DNA of 64,000 bases from Bispira polyomma (taxonomy: Eukaryota), in assembly GCA_965649765.1 (NCBI GenBank), contig OZ287755.1:45942001-46006000 (forward strand). The letters run 5' to 3'. Made by a program: the position numbers and the translations under genes. The notes below the pieces were generated by a model. That model was not told where the DNA came from and did no database searches. It was given only the letters and a program-made list of their open reading frames with translations. Positions 1 through 13,593 of the stretch are shown one piece after another. The stretch's first letter is position 1. Each line of letters begins with the position of its first letter.

Positions 1-111
1 CATATCATGTTTAGAATATAAAGGTAAATGTTTAAGTGAAATCATACTTGTCACTGCTTTTCATTTAAAATATTAAGAGCTGTAAATGTGAAGGAGATTT
101 GATGTACATAC

Positions 112-3100
112 ATTGACAGCAGTCCTCCGTATGACAAGGGGTCAGTTTGTAGCGGTCTCCCGGACAATCACCAGTGCACTGTTTTGGTTTACACTCGCAT
201 TCACGTCCAACCTTTGCCTTACAATAGTTGTTATATAGCTGACAATCGTCTCTGTCCAGCGTTGACCATGAAGTCCACTGACCTGATTGTACACATGTTT
301 ATAAAGTAACGAACCTGAACTGCACAACACATACTTGACATTCAGAGTCCGACTGGTCGGAGGCCATTGTTATTTGTTAACAGGTGACACATTTTAGATA
401 TGAGGCTGAATAATAAATGGTGTCTATACAAAATGACAATGAGTTACACAATGCATTATTTGAACTCTGGATTGCCCAGATGTGTGAGCAATGACGTAAG
501 ATATGCAATCACAGTTTATATTTTTGTTTTGCTCAGATAACTATATTTAAGTTTGTCTTTAATATTACAAAATCAAAAGTACGGATATCTAAATTCTTAG
601 GTGTCCTTACAAAAGTGTTCCATGTTACGCCAAATATAATCAATACTTAATTTAAAATCTCAAAATTGTTAAGTTTACATGCAGTTTGTATTTGACATAA
701 GTGTACATTTTAAAATAGTTCCATTTCAAATTAAAGAAATTGATTTATGTTATGCTATCAGTGAGTATAAACAAATTGTAATCAAACGATCACCAACTAA
801 GGGAAACTTTTAGTTGTATGTTGTTATAGTTGTATAGCATGCTTACTGTTTATTTTATTAAATATAGAATTAGTGAATAGTATTTATATAATAAATTATG
901 ATATTAATATATTTTATATATATTGATATAAAGTACAGTAAATAGTACTTAGAACTTGTAACTAGTAATTAGTAACTTGGCATTGTTAAGTATGTATAAA
1001 CAATGCAACATGAAATAAAGAAAAATATATCATTGATTTTGGCTAGTAATTTGATGAATTTTTGTAGGATGGTTTCCCCACATTTGGAAGACCTAAAAAT
1101 ACTACACAAATTATTGTAAGACGTAAGACTATAAAGTTGTCACTACCAGGTAAAATTATAGAGACAAACTTTTAAACCGTCTTTTATTTAAAACAGAAGT
1201 AAAAACTTACAAATTTTGTAACAAGGTACTGTTGATTTCTTCTTTTTCCCACTGCATTTTGGTTTGCCTAAAAACAGACCAATAAAATTCAGAAAAGATA
1301 TAACAAAAACTTTTAGTTTTGTGGTGACAAGCTGGCTGTTGGACATAGACATTTAGATTTAATTTAATACATAACCAATGACACCAGTTGTTGCATGTGA
1401 GTGTGGGTCATCTTGATATACAATTCTGAATTTGTTTTCCAGCAGCTTGATAATTTGTGATTTCCAATGGTCAAGTCAGGCTTGCAACCAAGACATTTGA
1501 AAGTTCATCAGCATTTTTAAATGTGACGTGACAATGAATCGCAGAATGTTATTATTACAGGTTTGGTAGATGTTTCAAACATGGCTTTTGATGGACAAAT
1601 CACAGAAAAAACAATGACAGCCAGATTTTTGTCACTATCAGCAGGAATAATGGTTCTACATAGAAATTATCTGCATTTAACTTTCTCTATGATCTAATTG
1701 ATGTGAGACAAATAGAGATGTGAACACCAGAGGGCAAGTCAACAGGATATGACTTAGCTCCACTAGCAAAAGCTGATTAATTCCACTGGAGCACAAACGA
1801 AACCAAAAATTTAAACCTTAATGGAGTTTCACATGATCATTTGTTTTTTTGCAAAATGCCAAAGAAACCTCCTGGGGTCAAAATAAACCACACAGTTCAA
1901 TCTAAAACCATATTGATATCATTATTAATTATCAATACTGCTGTTTCGAAAAAATGAAATTTTCTACAGGTTGTTTGGTGGGGCCATGACTTTGTCTTAG
2001 ATCTAGTATACTTTTGTGCTTAGATTTAGGACCATGTCTAGACTTAGCCATTTGGTTAATGGGCAGAGGTGTTCATTTATATGGAGTGTCATCAAATTCG
2101 AGTCATAACACCGTGGTCGAACTTTTGGTAACTTGAGCTATTACATTTTGAAAGCTTGTTAGTGCCTATCACCGGGAGTGTTCAAATTAACTACACAACT
2201 ACTAAAATGTACAATGTTAAAATTAAAATCATGGCTTTTAAATATGGATTTACATAGAAAAACCACCTGAAAACCAGAAACAAGGAAAAGGAATCACCAT
2301 AAATACACTTATAAATACTTGCTATAAAGCAGTTTACTGGTAACTTTGTATTAAGTAATTTAACTAGATATCAACGCAAGGGCCATTCTCTTGCAAAATA
2401 ATGAAATAGAATTAAATTATTGGTTGAAAACCCTGAAAATTTATATCTAAGATACGCAAAGTTATATCTACTTTTGAATAATACACTGAATATTAGTAGT
2501 TTTGTTTTGAATAATTCTGACACGTAAGAAGTAAATATCTACACATAAAAATATACAGCTTACCTACACATGGCCACACACATCTCCTTCTGTATTTAGT
2601 TTTTATGCATCTTTTGTCACAACCTTTTTTAGTCCACTCGGTCCATGTAGCTAAAATTAACATACAGAGAGACAGCATAATTCCCACTGGAACCCACCGA
2701 TTTAGGGCGAGTACCTGGTTAACTACCCCACATGAAGATAGCAGAGTAAAACCTACTCTGACCAGAGATGTGAATATGAAACATGTGCTCACAAAAAAAA
2801 AACCATGCAAGACAGGGTAATGATGCTTGTTTTCTCAAACAGTTCAAGTATACAAGAGGCATACAATAGGAAAATTACCCAAGCCACCCATGTTTTTACC
2901 TTTTACTAAAATTTTACTTTCATTATCCACACATAAAATAGAATTATTATGCTTAGAATTCAGGTTTTTTACTCTATAGGTGTCAAAATAGATTAGAAAA
3001 AAAGAACACTTTAAAATATTAAATAGATCAGAAAAAAAGAACACTTTAAAATATTAAAAACTCACGGCAAAGTACACACTATTACCAAACGGTACCGACT

Positions 3101-5478
3101 TAATACCTCAAAGAATTAGCTTCAAAGTTTTGTATGCAATAGCATGGCACAATGTTTATATTTTACATTTGTCGAAAGTTTTGAACAGTTTATGGATTAA
3201 TTTGTTTACTATAGCAATATTTATGTGTTGTCCCATAAAGAATTAATGTTAAACTCGTGTTTGTAAAGCACTAGAATCCAGTTTAATATACCATTATGTT
3301 GTTTAAGATTCAAATTTTATGTTAACCACACTATTTATCAAGTTTCTATCTGAAATATTCCATAAAAATGACATTAAAAACGTTGGAAATTCCTGTAACT
3401 ACTACAGTTTTCATATGCACATTCACGGGCGCTGGTGCATATAAAAAAGCTATCCCCGGTCTGTATGCACTGTGTACGTGGCCAAGTAGATAATCAAATG
3501 AATTAGTCCTTAAATATGATACCAGCGAAGGAAGTGAAATGATTAAAAGAATTAGCTATTATTGACATTGCAGGACCGAGTGAATTTACTTTCTGATATA
3601 AATTTAAGAACTGATTTTAGGTAGATATTTTTTAGGTAGATATGCCTCGACTTAATAAAAAGTAATATTAGAATACTCACCTGGATTTGAATAGCAGTAC
3701 TTCGTTTGTTCTTCATAGTCTTTTTGACACCCACAGTAACTCTCCCTGTCACAATATCTGGTCCTCTTCTGGACCCCCTTGCCACAAGTCACAGAACAGG
3801 CAGACCACAAACCCCACGGGCCCCATGGACCTGATTAAAAGTTCGATTGTAAGTCTATTGTACAGGTTCCTTTGGTTGACACACACACCCACACACACCC
3901 ACACACACACAAACAAACGGGTGTGTCTCATACCAGCATGGAATACCGGAAGCATATTAAAGCCAATTGTAGTTAGGTATATTTGTTTTGCATATATTTA
4001 ATCTTATTTATTATAGTCACGCGTTTGTAAACCTACACAACATACAATGAATGTAATAAAGATAAAATACACCTACAGCCCATACTAGAGAGCTTCTATG
4101 TCACTTTAAACTGATACAATACACCTACAGCCCGCACTAGAGAACTTATATGTCACTTTATACTGATACAATACACCAATAGCCCACACCAGAGAGCTTA
4201 TATGTCATTTTAAACTGATATAATACACCTACAGCCCACACCAGAGAGCATGTACTCCACTTTAAACTGATACAATGCACCTACATCCCACACCAGAGAG
4301 CTTAGATGTCACTTTAAACTGATACAATACACCTACAGCCCACACCAGAGAGCTTATATGTCACTTTAAACTGATATAATACACCTACAGCTCACACCAG
4401 AGAGCATGTACTCCACTTTAAACTGATATAATCAATAATTCAATAATGGGTGTGGTGGTACAGGAAATATATATAACATATAGTCATTATTTACTCTTAA
4501 GAATACGCTTCAGCTTTTCTATATATATATTCCACACTTTTTCAATATAAATATGTGGATTTTTTATAAATGTTTCTTCCTCTGAAAATAAAACAATTCG
4601 TTTATTTATTTTAACACTAATTGATAAAACTGCAAGCGAATTGGGCTTTTTGATAATGTATTATAATCTTTGTATGGAGTATAAGTCACATTCAGTGACC
4701 TACCAGTTTCAATACTGAGTGGTAATATCCCCATGCGTATTTGCGCACTCAAACACCTCTGATATTTTGACATATTCTATTTTGTGTAATTTTCCCTCTT
4801 AAAATTGCATTTAAACATTTTGTAAATTCTTAATTTAGGCTTACAGCTTAAGTTAACTCCGCATGTAGATTAAATGTGGTATTTCACTCGATCTTTTATG
4901 TGGTTTATATCTAACCTGGTATATTGAGTAATATATATATCATTGTAGAAAGTCCATTTCCTTCTGCTAGAAGTACAAATTCTGAAAAGTCTACACCCAG
5001 AAAAAAATCCAAATTAAACCCACTAACTTAAATTTGGTAAGAGACAATCCTATCGGGGTTGCTGCCAGCAGAAAGTGTAATTGTGTATAATAATTGAAGT
5101 TCTATTTGAAATCTATGATAGATTACTAACTATACACTAGTGATGCTATAAAACTAAAAAGTTGAGTTAGTTAAAGTGTGACAAACTGTACTAACATAAA
5201 TAAAAATGACCAATCTAATGAGAATTTAACATCTTAAATTTAACCCTTTCGTGACTGGGAGAAAACTACCCCCAGTAACAGAAGGGGGGGGGGGAGAGGG
5301 GAGACAATAGGTTGTAGACAACTGAAGTCACTAAAATGTATACTACAAACTATTTAAAACACAGACGAATGTTACGCATATGTGGAAACAGGACATACGT
5401 AATATGGGACTTACACCAGACTGCGGTCGTGGCCACAAAAGTGGTACAAAGTACTAGCAAACTCAAAGCTACATGCAT
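112..5478 (-). CDS. Secreted thrombospondin type-1 (TSP1) repeat protein, 3'-partial (continues past the left edge); coding exons 5478-5415, 3830-3681, 2650-2564, 1267-1211, 282-112
   Basis: All introns are GT-AG and phase 1, and the exons join in frame: [176 protein letters not shown]. It has a hydrophobic signal peptide, a canonical WxxWxxWSxCSVTCGxGxxxRxRxC motif and two further WxxW modules. Confidence 0.88.
3879..3911. repeat. Imperfect (AC)n microsatellite
   Basis: acacacacccacacacacccacacacacaca. Confidence 0.8.
4066..4432. repeat. 52-bp minisatellite, ~7 copies, intronic
   Basis: Unit aatacacctacagcccacaccagagagcttatatgtcactttaaactgatac repeated with variants. Confidence 0.92.
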
Positions 5479-7071
5479 CTTCGAAGATTCTGAAATTACA
5501 TTTTAGACAGGAAGGCAAGGTTAAATATGTATTTAATAATTAAGTGTATTTGTTAAGACTCTTATATAGCTTTTAACGCTCCACGGTACACTGATCACTG
5601 TAAATGTATGGCGCTGGTTATATATTTAGTTAGGCTCATCTTGAAAATATTACTATTTTGATACTTCGTTGAGAAACGGCAGGGATATCTTAATTTGAAT
5701 AAAGTCAAATGTTAAGTTGGTTCTGAAACCAAATGTCGGGAAACCCCAAACATATTTTTTTTCATTCTCTAAGCAGCACCACAAAAAAAGAGATGCAAAA
5801 ATGCCCTTGCTTTAACATATTTAATCAACTAATATTGTATTGTAATCAAATGCAAAAATGTCATTGCTATAACATGTTTAATCAACTAGTATTGTATTGT
5901 AATAAAATATTCATACATTTCTTAACATTTATCTGGTTTTCAAAGGGCTAATTAGCCTTTTCTTTACTGGACAAGTCGGCCAACCAACAGCTGTAACAAA
6001 CTGTCAAACCCCAAAACTGAAGAGAGAGATAGTTTAACATTCTTCCACCCCCACCTTCCTCCCCCAGGTTTGTTTAGTCTGTCACTTGGGGTAGGATGCA
6101 ATAAAGACATATAATAAGTGGCCTTCCGAGCTATTATGGAACTGCCTGTACCAACTGGTGGATGCTCGGGAAGGCTTTAAATTCACAACACAAAAGTGTA
6201 AAGCTGGTAAACCTAGTCCCTATTAACGAAAAGGTATAGTCTTAACTCAGTCTTCAGCTTAGCAATGTGGCTTTTGGTTTAGTTCAGATTTTGAACTTAG
6301 CCCCAGTGACAGTATGAAAAGATATTTTGCATAGTGTAAACGTTGATGTTAACACTAAAACGAACAGTTAGCAGTCCTGAATGTTTTTTAGACATAAAAG
6401 TTAACACTCAGACCTTTTTGGAGATGTTTTGGTGAAATATTTTGCTATTTCCAAATGCTCTAGAAAATTTAAGCATACATCTTTAAATAATGCTGGTTTA
6501 GCTCAAATCAAAGCCACACTCATTGTTTTGGAGCGCTGAGTGCACTCCTAGTAGTAGCATATTTCTACCACAAATACTGGCACACATATTGTCACAAACA
6601 TATTTAATCAACTAATGGATGCAATATTACCATATGCTAACAAATAATTCATTTTACATCCCAGAAAATTGACAACTGTATTTACTTTTCGTTTAGGTTT
6701 GGTTTATAACATTGTTTTTAACTGATATAGGGTATCAGATGAGATATTTTGGTCAAAGTTTTCTCTTCTGCAAACCACAGGCCTTCAGCAATTCGACTGC
6801 TAAATGTCCCACCATCAAGTTTCCCGTAAATGAAACCCACCACATTAGAGGTGGGAGCCGTGTATGTTAACAGTACACCACCAATGCCCCCACAAAAAAA
6901 TTAGAACTATATGGCTAATGTTTATATCTAATTTCAATTGCCTACAGATTACCAAAGAAACATACTAATATTGACAATATTAGTTAGTTTGTGTTGTGCA
7001 CAGATAGACTAATAATAATTGTGAAACTTTCATTTGTCAACCAATTGTTCAGTTTAAACACCCACCGATTA

Positions 7072-7226
7072 TTGGCAGCCAGGTACCCATTTATACACCT
7101 GGGTGGAGAGGGACAACTTTGTGTGAAGTACCTTTGTACATGCTCTAAGCCCGCAAAGAGGATCGAACCTGGGACCCTCTGGGACCCTCTGATTTCAAAG
7201 TCGAACACTCTAACCGCTAGAGACAA
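7072..7226 (-). mobile_element. tRNA-derived SINE with a CORE-like central domain; related fragment at ~17590-17645 (+)
   Basis: Minus strand has A-box-like TCTAGCGG and B-box GGTTCGATCC, then ...ctctccacccaggtgtataaatgggtacc. A near-identical core occurs at 17618-17642. Confidence 0.65.
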
Positions 7227-7469
7227 TAACTGTATACCATATTGTAGAACTTTTCAAGGACTAATATAGAAAATAACTATACAAAATATTGTACAACTTT
7301 TAAGCTAAATTAAAATACAACACACTGTTTTCACACTATTGTGTAAAATTACTGAACAACATTTAATATGCATTATCTCTAAAAATAACACCTGTTACAC
7401 TTTATACATCAAGTTACTTGTGTTTTCACTGAAAAATCTCAAAGTCTAGGTAACATATCTGACACTTAC

Positions 7470-7523
7470 TTCAGAGATTTCCTCCGAATGATGTTTGATT
7501 AGAAATCACTTTGGTATTTTATA
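7470..7523 (-). promoter_or_regulatory. Candidate TATA box and short non-coding first exon of the TSP1 gene
   Basis: Minus strand has TATAAAA at 7523-7517, an Inr-like TCATT near 7490 and a perfect GTAAGT donor at 7469. The ATG exon has an acceptor (TTTCAG) at 5490, so an upstream UTR exon is expected. Confidence 0.4.
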
Positions 7524-9779
7524 ATGTGTAATTTCTACCCCACGTGTATTATTAATGTCATTTTAATTGCTTTCTAATTGCTTTTCAAATTCTATGAATC
7601 TTAAAAAATCATGTATTCCTCTCTACAATGTATTGTTTATGCTTTTAGTCTTTACTGTGCATTCAGTGAATGAGGTATACAGCACATTTAACAGTATTAT
7701 GTCGGTAGAAACTACTATTAATTAGGTCAACTGACTTTTTCTAACAACCTCAGTTTTACAAAGCCCTAAAACAAATCACATGTATTTATACTAGGATTTT
7801 GTTCTAAGTGTAGTAAAGAATAGTATTTATATAAATTTTGTATTACAAAATTACATGCAGAATGTAATATAAACATATACGTTGAAATGTATTGATTGAA
7901 ATATTAAAGTGAACAAAAAGGTAATCATTTTACTCTGTCTTATTCTGTTTTGCTCAATTATTGTATTATGTATTTTTAACCCGCCTTATTGATGCTAGGT
8001 ATCTAAAGCACAACAACAGTATCGGTTATCCATTAGAGTTGTCTAAAAACATATAATCAACATATAATGTCAAAATAGATCTCACACCGGATGTGTCAGT
8101 ATATTGATGCATTACAAGGTTCAATCAATTACCCTATGTTCTCATATATGTGATTTGTGGCAATTGACTGTCAATTTGTCTTCGCAAAATCTGATATTGG
8201 TGTTCTCATATAAATGATGCCAGGATGCTATATTTAGAAAAATAAATATTTTTCTAAACGCCTAATACAATCCATTTTAAAAAAATTGCATTTGAGCGTC
8301 AGCCTGGTATTGGTATTCGAGCACAAGCAAAGATAATAAGAAGTAACCATTCGCTGTCGGGTATCACTGGTCCGGTTGTCATATATCGCTTGCATAAAAA
8401 TGTAGACTACAAAAATATGTCAGCTAATGTGGATATTCTCATTCCTAATAGCCTTACATAATGGTGACATTAGGCCTATGGTTTACAGCGCTTTATCTAA
8501 GATGTAAAAAGTGCTGTAAAACCCGACTAAATTTAAAATCAAATTTGGTCACTCAGTATACAAAATCTGCATAACAATTGCTGTCTTGTATGGATATTTG
8601 TTTATCATCATAGTAAAAGACTTTTGGGGTGACTGCTGCAAAAGTACTTTTCATACATACTAAAGTGACGTCACACACTGGATATGATTATTTTGTGCCT
8701 TCTTATTTCTACATACATAGCTATTGTATGGTATTTGGATACTGGATAAATGATTGTCATAGATAATGGCCATATGTATAATGTATGGTAGATTTAATAT
8801 AGCTTCAAAATTGGTTAAATATTTCTCCTCTCCAGGCAATACAGGCCACAATACAGTAAATGAAATACGGAAAATGGTTTTTATTATATCTGACCCTTTG
8901 CATAAGATCCTCCCAGGGGTTTGGGTGAAATGTATTCATAAACTTGCCCCCCAAAAAGACATACATTTACAACAACTTGAATAAACCTAAGCTTAAACTC
9001 ACAGTCAACATCCTGGAAGGCCACTTGGAAGTCAGTTTAGGAGGAAATCACTTCTACTTGTCACCATTCAGTTTTAATAATTTCAACATTGAATTAAAAT
9101 GGTGGAGTCATAATTTACTTATCAACTAAAACTAGACCACCATAAATATGCAACATTCCAGATTAAGTTAAGTACAAGTTTTTAAACTACGAAGATTTCA
9201 AGAATGTGTCTTAGAATTCGTTACAACGAAAATAAGCGCTAAAAAAAGATTCCTATATTAAGAATAAACACGACAGCATGCTTGCTATGCTTTTGCTGAT
9301 GCTACATCAGTAGGCATGTGTTTTTGTAATTACAAATACACACTTTAAAATTCTGGATGCAATGTGTATAGAAATGAGAGTTTGCTCATTACATGCAGGT
9401 GTTGCTTGCTGCTGTATTATGTGAGTATCATCGACAACAATGAAGGTAATATTTTCAACAAGATGAAATATTGTCTTCAATACAAAGGGATTTTCACAAA
9501 AGACGCAAACAGGACGTATTTATCAGAGCATTGGACTTTTTAAACGATCATGACCATAAATATTAATCCATTGCAAAAGAGAAGTTCTTTGTTCGTGTGT
9601 TTTATAACCTTCTTTTGTGACAATTCTAAAAAATAGGTTCTTTGAAAACCTGCATCAGACAGAGATAAATATACACAAATGTGTCATTTAGCGTGTACCA
9701 GGGGAAGACGTACGAAAAAAACACCATAAAACTTTGTAAAAGATCGTCGGTTTGGGCTATATTTCCACGTTTATTTCTT

Positions 9780-10165
9780 ACTATTTATGTTTTTCTACCG
9801 TTTTTACATTAAATTTGAGTAATTTTGCTGTTTTGTATTGTGAATTTTAACCTTACTACCCGATTATCGCCCACTTCGTTTGGCGGGAGTGGGCCGTCCT
9901 CTACTGTACCATAATATTTTGTAATAAGGTCGTCGTTTTTGCCGATATCTGTACATTTATTTGTTACTATTTCTGATATTTCTACCCCTTTTACATTATT
10001 TTTGTCTCATTTTGCTGTTTTATGTTGTTAATTTAGTCTCGTTTTGCTGTTCTATATTGTAAATTTTTTTCCAAATTCTGTACATTTATTTATTACTATT
10101 TATGATTTTTCTACTCCCTTTACATTCACTTTTTATCTCATTTTGCTGTTCTATATTGTAATTTA
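9780..10165. repeat. Imperfect T-rich direct repeats upstream of the LINE
   Basis: About three copies of ctatttatg..ttctacc..ttttacatt...attttgctgtt.t.tattgt.aattt. Confidence 0.55.
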
Positions 10166-10199
10166 CATGTTGGTGTGGTTGTACTTAGCTTAAGGTCAG

Positions 10200-13100
10200 G
10201 CTATAGTGTGGGGTGCTAGGGTGCCCGTGAGTCACCCACGGGACGAAGAATTGTGCGGTGAGTTGTAGGGACAAGCTTTCTGAGGCTCCCCACTGTTGAG
10301 TTCAGGTTAAGGGCTTCTTTTTTTTTTTTTTTTTTTTTCTACAACCTCACTAGGCATGTTTCTGCTTCGGCTTGTCCTTTTTTCAGCACTTTTTGCTGTG
10401 GCTATGGCTCATAGGTATGAGTTGTTGCATCATAGTGTTGCTCATACATCAGCAACCTCATTGGCTAAAGTGGCAAAAAAATTTTCATACACATGTTCTT
10501 GTCGTAAATTTCCTACCACCATTAATGGAAGAGGTCTTGTCTTGTTACTTTTACTCGCTGGCGATGTGTCCCTTAACCCTGGTCCTGTCATGCTCGGGGT
10601 GTTAAATGCTAGATCCGTGAGGAACAAGGGTCCACTCCTTGCAGATATTGTGACATCGCACGACCTCGACTTCCTTTGTGTTACTGAGACCCATGTCCGT
10701 CTATCTGATATGGATAGCTTCCTACGGTCTGTTACTCCTCCAGATTTTGTGTTTCCTCAAACGCCTTGTCCCTCACGGATTGGTGGTGGTGTTGGTTTCT
10801 TCATCAGATCCTCCTACAAACCACATAAAATAGATTCTCCTGTCTATCAGTCCTTTGAAAATATGGTGGTGTCAATTGGGCTTCATGGCCGCTCACTGTT
10901 GCTTGCCCGCGTCTATTGCCCCCCAGGATCATGTACCTGTCATTTTTTAGAAGAATTTATGTCTTTTGTTGGTTTCTTGTCTTCCATTAACAGTTCATAT
11001 CATATCTGTGGTGACTTTAACATCCATGTTGATGCTCCAGTTGGTGACGGTCATAAATTTATGACCTTTCTTGATTCATGCGATTTAAAACAGTTAGTTA
11101 GACAACCTACCCATCTGCATGGTCACATTCTGGACCTTATTTTATCTCCTTGTGATCAGGATACTATTGTGGATGTCAAAGTCTGTGATTTCATATCGGA
11201 TCATGCATTAGTCAAATGCTCAATTGTCACTCCCCCTCAGGTGGCTCATATTCCTAATACAGTGCATTATAGGAGGTACCACCATATTAACATGTCTGAC
11301 CTCCGTACTGATCTTGAGAGTACTTCCTCTATTAAGTCACCTGCCAATTCTGTAGCCAAACTTTATGAACAATACATACATGATTTGGGTGATGTACTAG
11401 ATAAGCATGCACCACTTGTATCCAGAATGTCAAAGAAAGAATCTGTGCATTGGCTCTCTGATTCTTACCGACGGGCTAAATCTCTCAGGCGCCAATATGA
11501 AAGAACTTGGTGAAGGGCCAAGAATCCATTAAATAGAAGTCGACTATGTCGCCAGATTGCTCGGTGTAATGTACTTGTTAACGAGGATAAGTCGGTGTAT
11601 TACAGTAAACTTATCTCTGACAACAGTCACAACTCCAGGAAGCTGTAGCACGAACTGCGCAAGACCCTTAATATGGATACCAATGTGGCACTCCGGTCCC
11701 ATGGTTCTGATAAATCACTAGCTGATAAGTTTGCTTCCTTTTTTTCGGACAAAATTAAGAGAATTAGGGATACTTTTATTGTCTCTGGAACTAAAATTGA
11801 TGTTCATCCTCTTTCTGATCCCCCAGAAATTATTGCCTTTGCCAGAGTCTCTGAAGATGATGTTAGTAAAATAATAAGTAACTCGCCCACAAAATCCTGC
11901 ATGTTGGATCCATGGCCAACATCTCTTATTAAAGAATGTAGTGATATATTACTACCATCCATTACAAAACTTGTAAACTGCTCACTTACGGAGGGACATG
12001 TACCTGATGGTTTTAAAACAGCTGTGGTTACTCCTCTTATTAAGAAGGCTTCTCTTCCAGTTGATGACCTGAAGAATTATCGCCCTGTATCTGGTCTTAG
12101 TTTCATATCAAAACTGGTTGAACGCGTGGTTGCTAGGCAACTGTTAGATCACATCTTTGTCCACGACTTAGACAACCCATACCAGTCTGCATATAAAACT
12201 GGTCATTCGACTGAGACAGCTCTTCTGTCTATAAAAAATGAAGTTCACTTATCTTTGTCAAGAGGGGAACCTACTGCCCTGGTATTGCTCGACCTCTCTG
12301 CTGCCTTTGACACCATTGATCATTCCACGCTTCTCAGTTGTCTTCAGACTTGGTTTGGAGTTACGGGCTCTGTTCTTAAATGGTTCACTTCCTACTTAAC
12401 TGATCGTTATCAGTCGATAAAAATTGGCTCTACTCTGTCCGATCTTTGTAAACTCTTGTTTGGTGTCTCTCAAGGTTCTGTTTTGGGCCCTCTGTTGTTC
12501 TCATTATACACTGCTCCTCTCAGATTGGTTATTGGCAAATACACAGGAATAAAGTTTCATTTTTATGCAGATGATACCCAAATATATGTGCACCTATCTC
12601 ATAAAAACACATCTGCTACCTTTGAACAGTTGAACAGGTGTCTTGATGATGTGAAAGAGTGAATGTCAACTGGTAAACTCAAACTTAATCCCGACAAGAC
12701 TGAGTTCATAATCTTTGGCTCAAAACAACAGAGGGATAAGTTGAAAGCATTGTTTCCAGTTGACATCCTGGGTAGCCCCTTCAGTCCAGCTGATTCTGTC
12801 AAGAACCTGGGTGTATGGTTTGACTCTGACTTTGACTTTTCTTTCTCTAAACACGTTCAGAGTGTCTGCAAAAGCTGTTTTATGCAACTCCGTGACTTTA
12901 GACGTGTCAGACGGTTTCTCACTTATGATGCATCTATACTTGTGGCCAATGCTTTTGTCAGTAGTAGACTGGATTACTGCAATTCACTTTTCAAGAGTCT
13001 CTCAAAGTTTAATTTACGCAAATTACAATGCATTCAAAATAGTGCAGCTAGAATTGTGTCAAACACCAGTCGATACACTAGTATAACTCCTGTTCTTAAG

Positions 13101-13593
13101 AAATTGCATTGGCTCCCTGTTGGACAGCGTTCAGTGTTTAAGACAGCTACACTTGTTTATAAGTTTCTCCACACTGGGTTTCCAAAGTACTTTGCCTTAT
13201 ATCTTTCCACTTACAGTAGTTCCTACAATACCAGACGTAGTTAGAGTGGTAGTAATTTCCTTGTTGTTCCGAAGTTCCACCCATCTACTCAAAGGTCGGT
13301 AAAACAGTTTGGTCACAGCTTTGCTTTTGATGCTCCCATTGTTTGGAATGGTCTTCCTGATGTGATTCGTGCTTCCCCCTCACTAGCCTGTTTTAGAAAG
13401 AAGCTTAAAACCCACTTGTATACTAAAGCATATCCACCTTAGTCTCAATCATCCCCCGGCGCGCTCTATGTTGCTGACCCTTTTTCTGTTCCTTGATTTT
13501 GGAAATTGGATAACTGTCTTTTGTGCTGGTGCGCCTTAGAGTCCCCTTTGTTAAGGGGAGATTAAGCGCAATAAAAGTCTAATTACAATTACA
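10200..13593 (+). mobile_element. Near full-length L2/CR1-clade non-LTR retrotransposon; 5' boundary uncertain
   Basis: APE endonuclease plus RT reading frame. The 3' end has an L2-like stem-loop (tcccctt-tgtt-aagggga inside gcgccttag...ttaagcgc), AATAAA and an (ATTACA)n tail. Confidence 0.93.
10356..13442 (+). pseudogene. L2/CR1 ORF2 (2A-like peptide, APE endonuclease, reverse transcriptase) with four premature stops
   Basis: One frame of 1029 codons with no frameshift. Motifs: NARS, VTETH, GDFN, LDLI, SDH; NYRPVS, LDLSAAFDTIDH, QGSVLGPLLF, YADD, SRLDYCNS, LHWLP. Stops at 11511 (TGA), 11646 (TAG), 12660 (TGA) and 13242 (TAG). Confidence 0.93.

Noticed and set aside
142-330. ORF-track proteins at 142-330, 3552-3785, 3687-4001 and 3749-3955
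   Set aside because: Wrong frames or strand over real TSP1 exons; the coding frame is evident from the W/C motifs and splice phases.
4066-4432. Regular repeats as a CRISPR-like array (also 19071-19200 and 29345-30200)
   Set aside because: Head-to-tail units without unique spacers, eukaryotic context and no cas genes.
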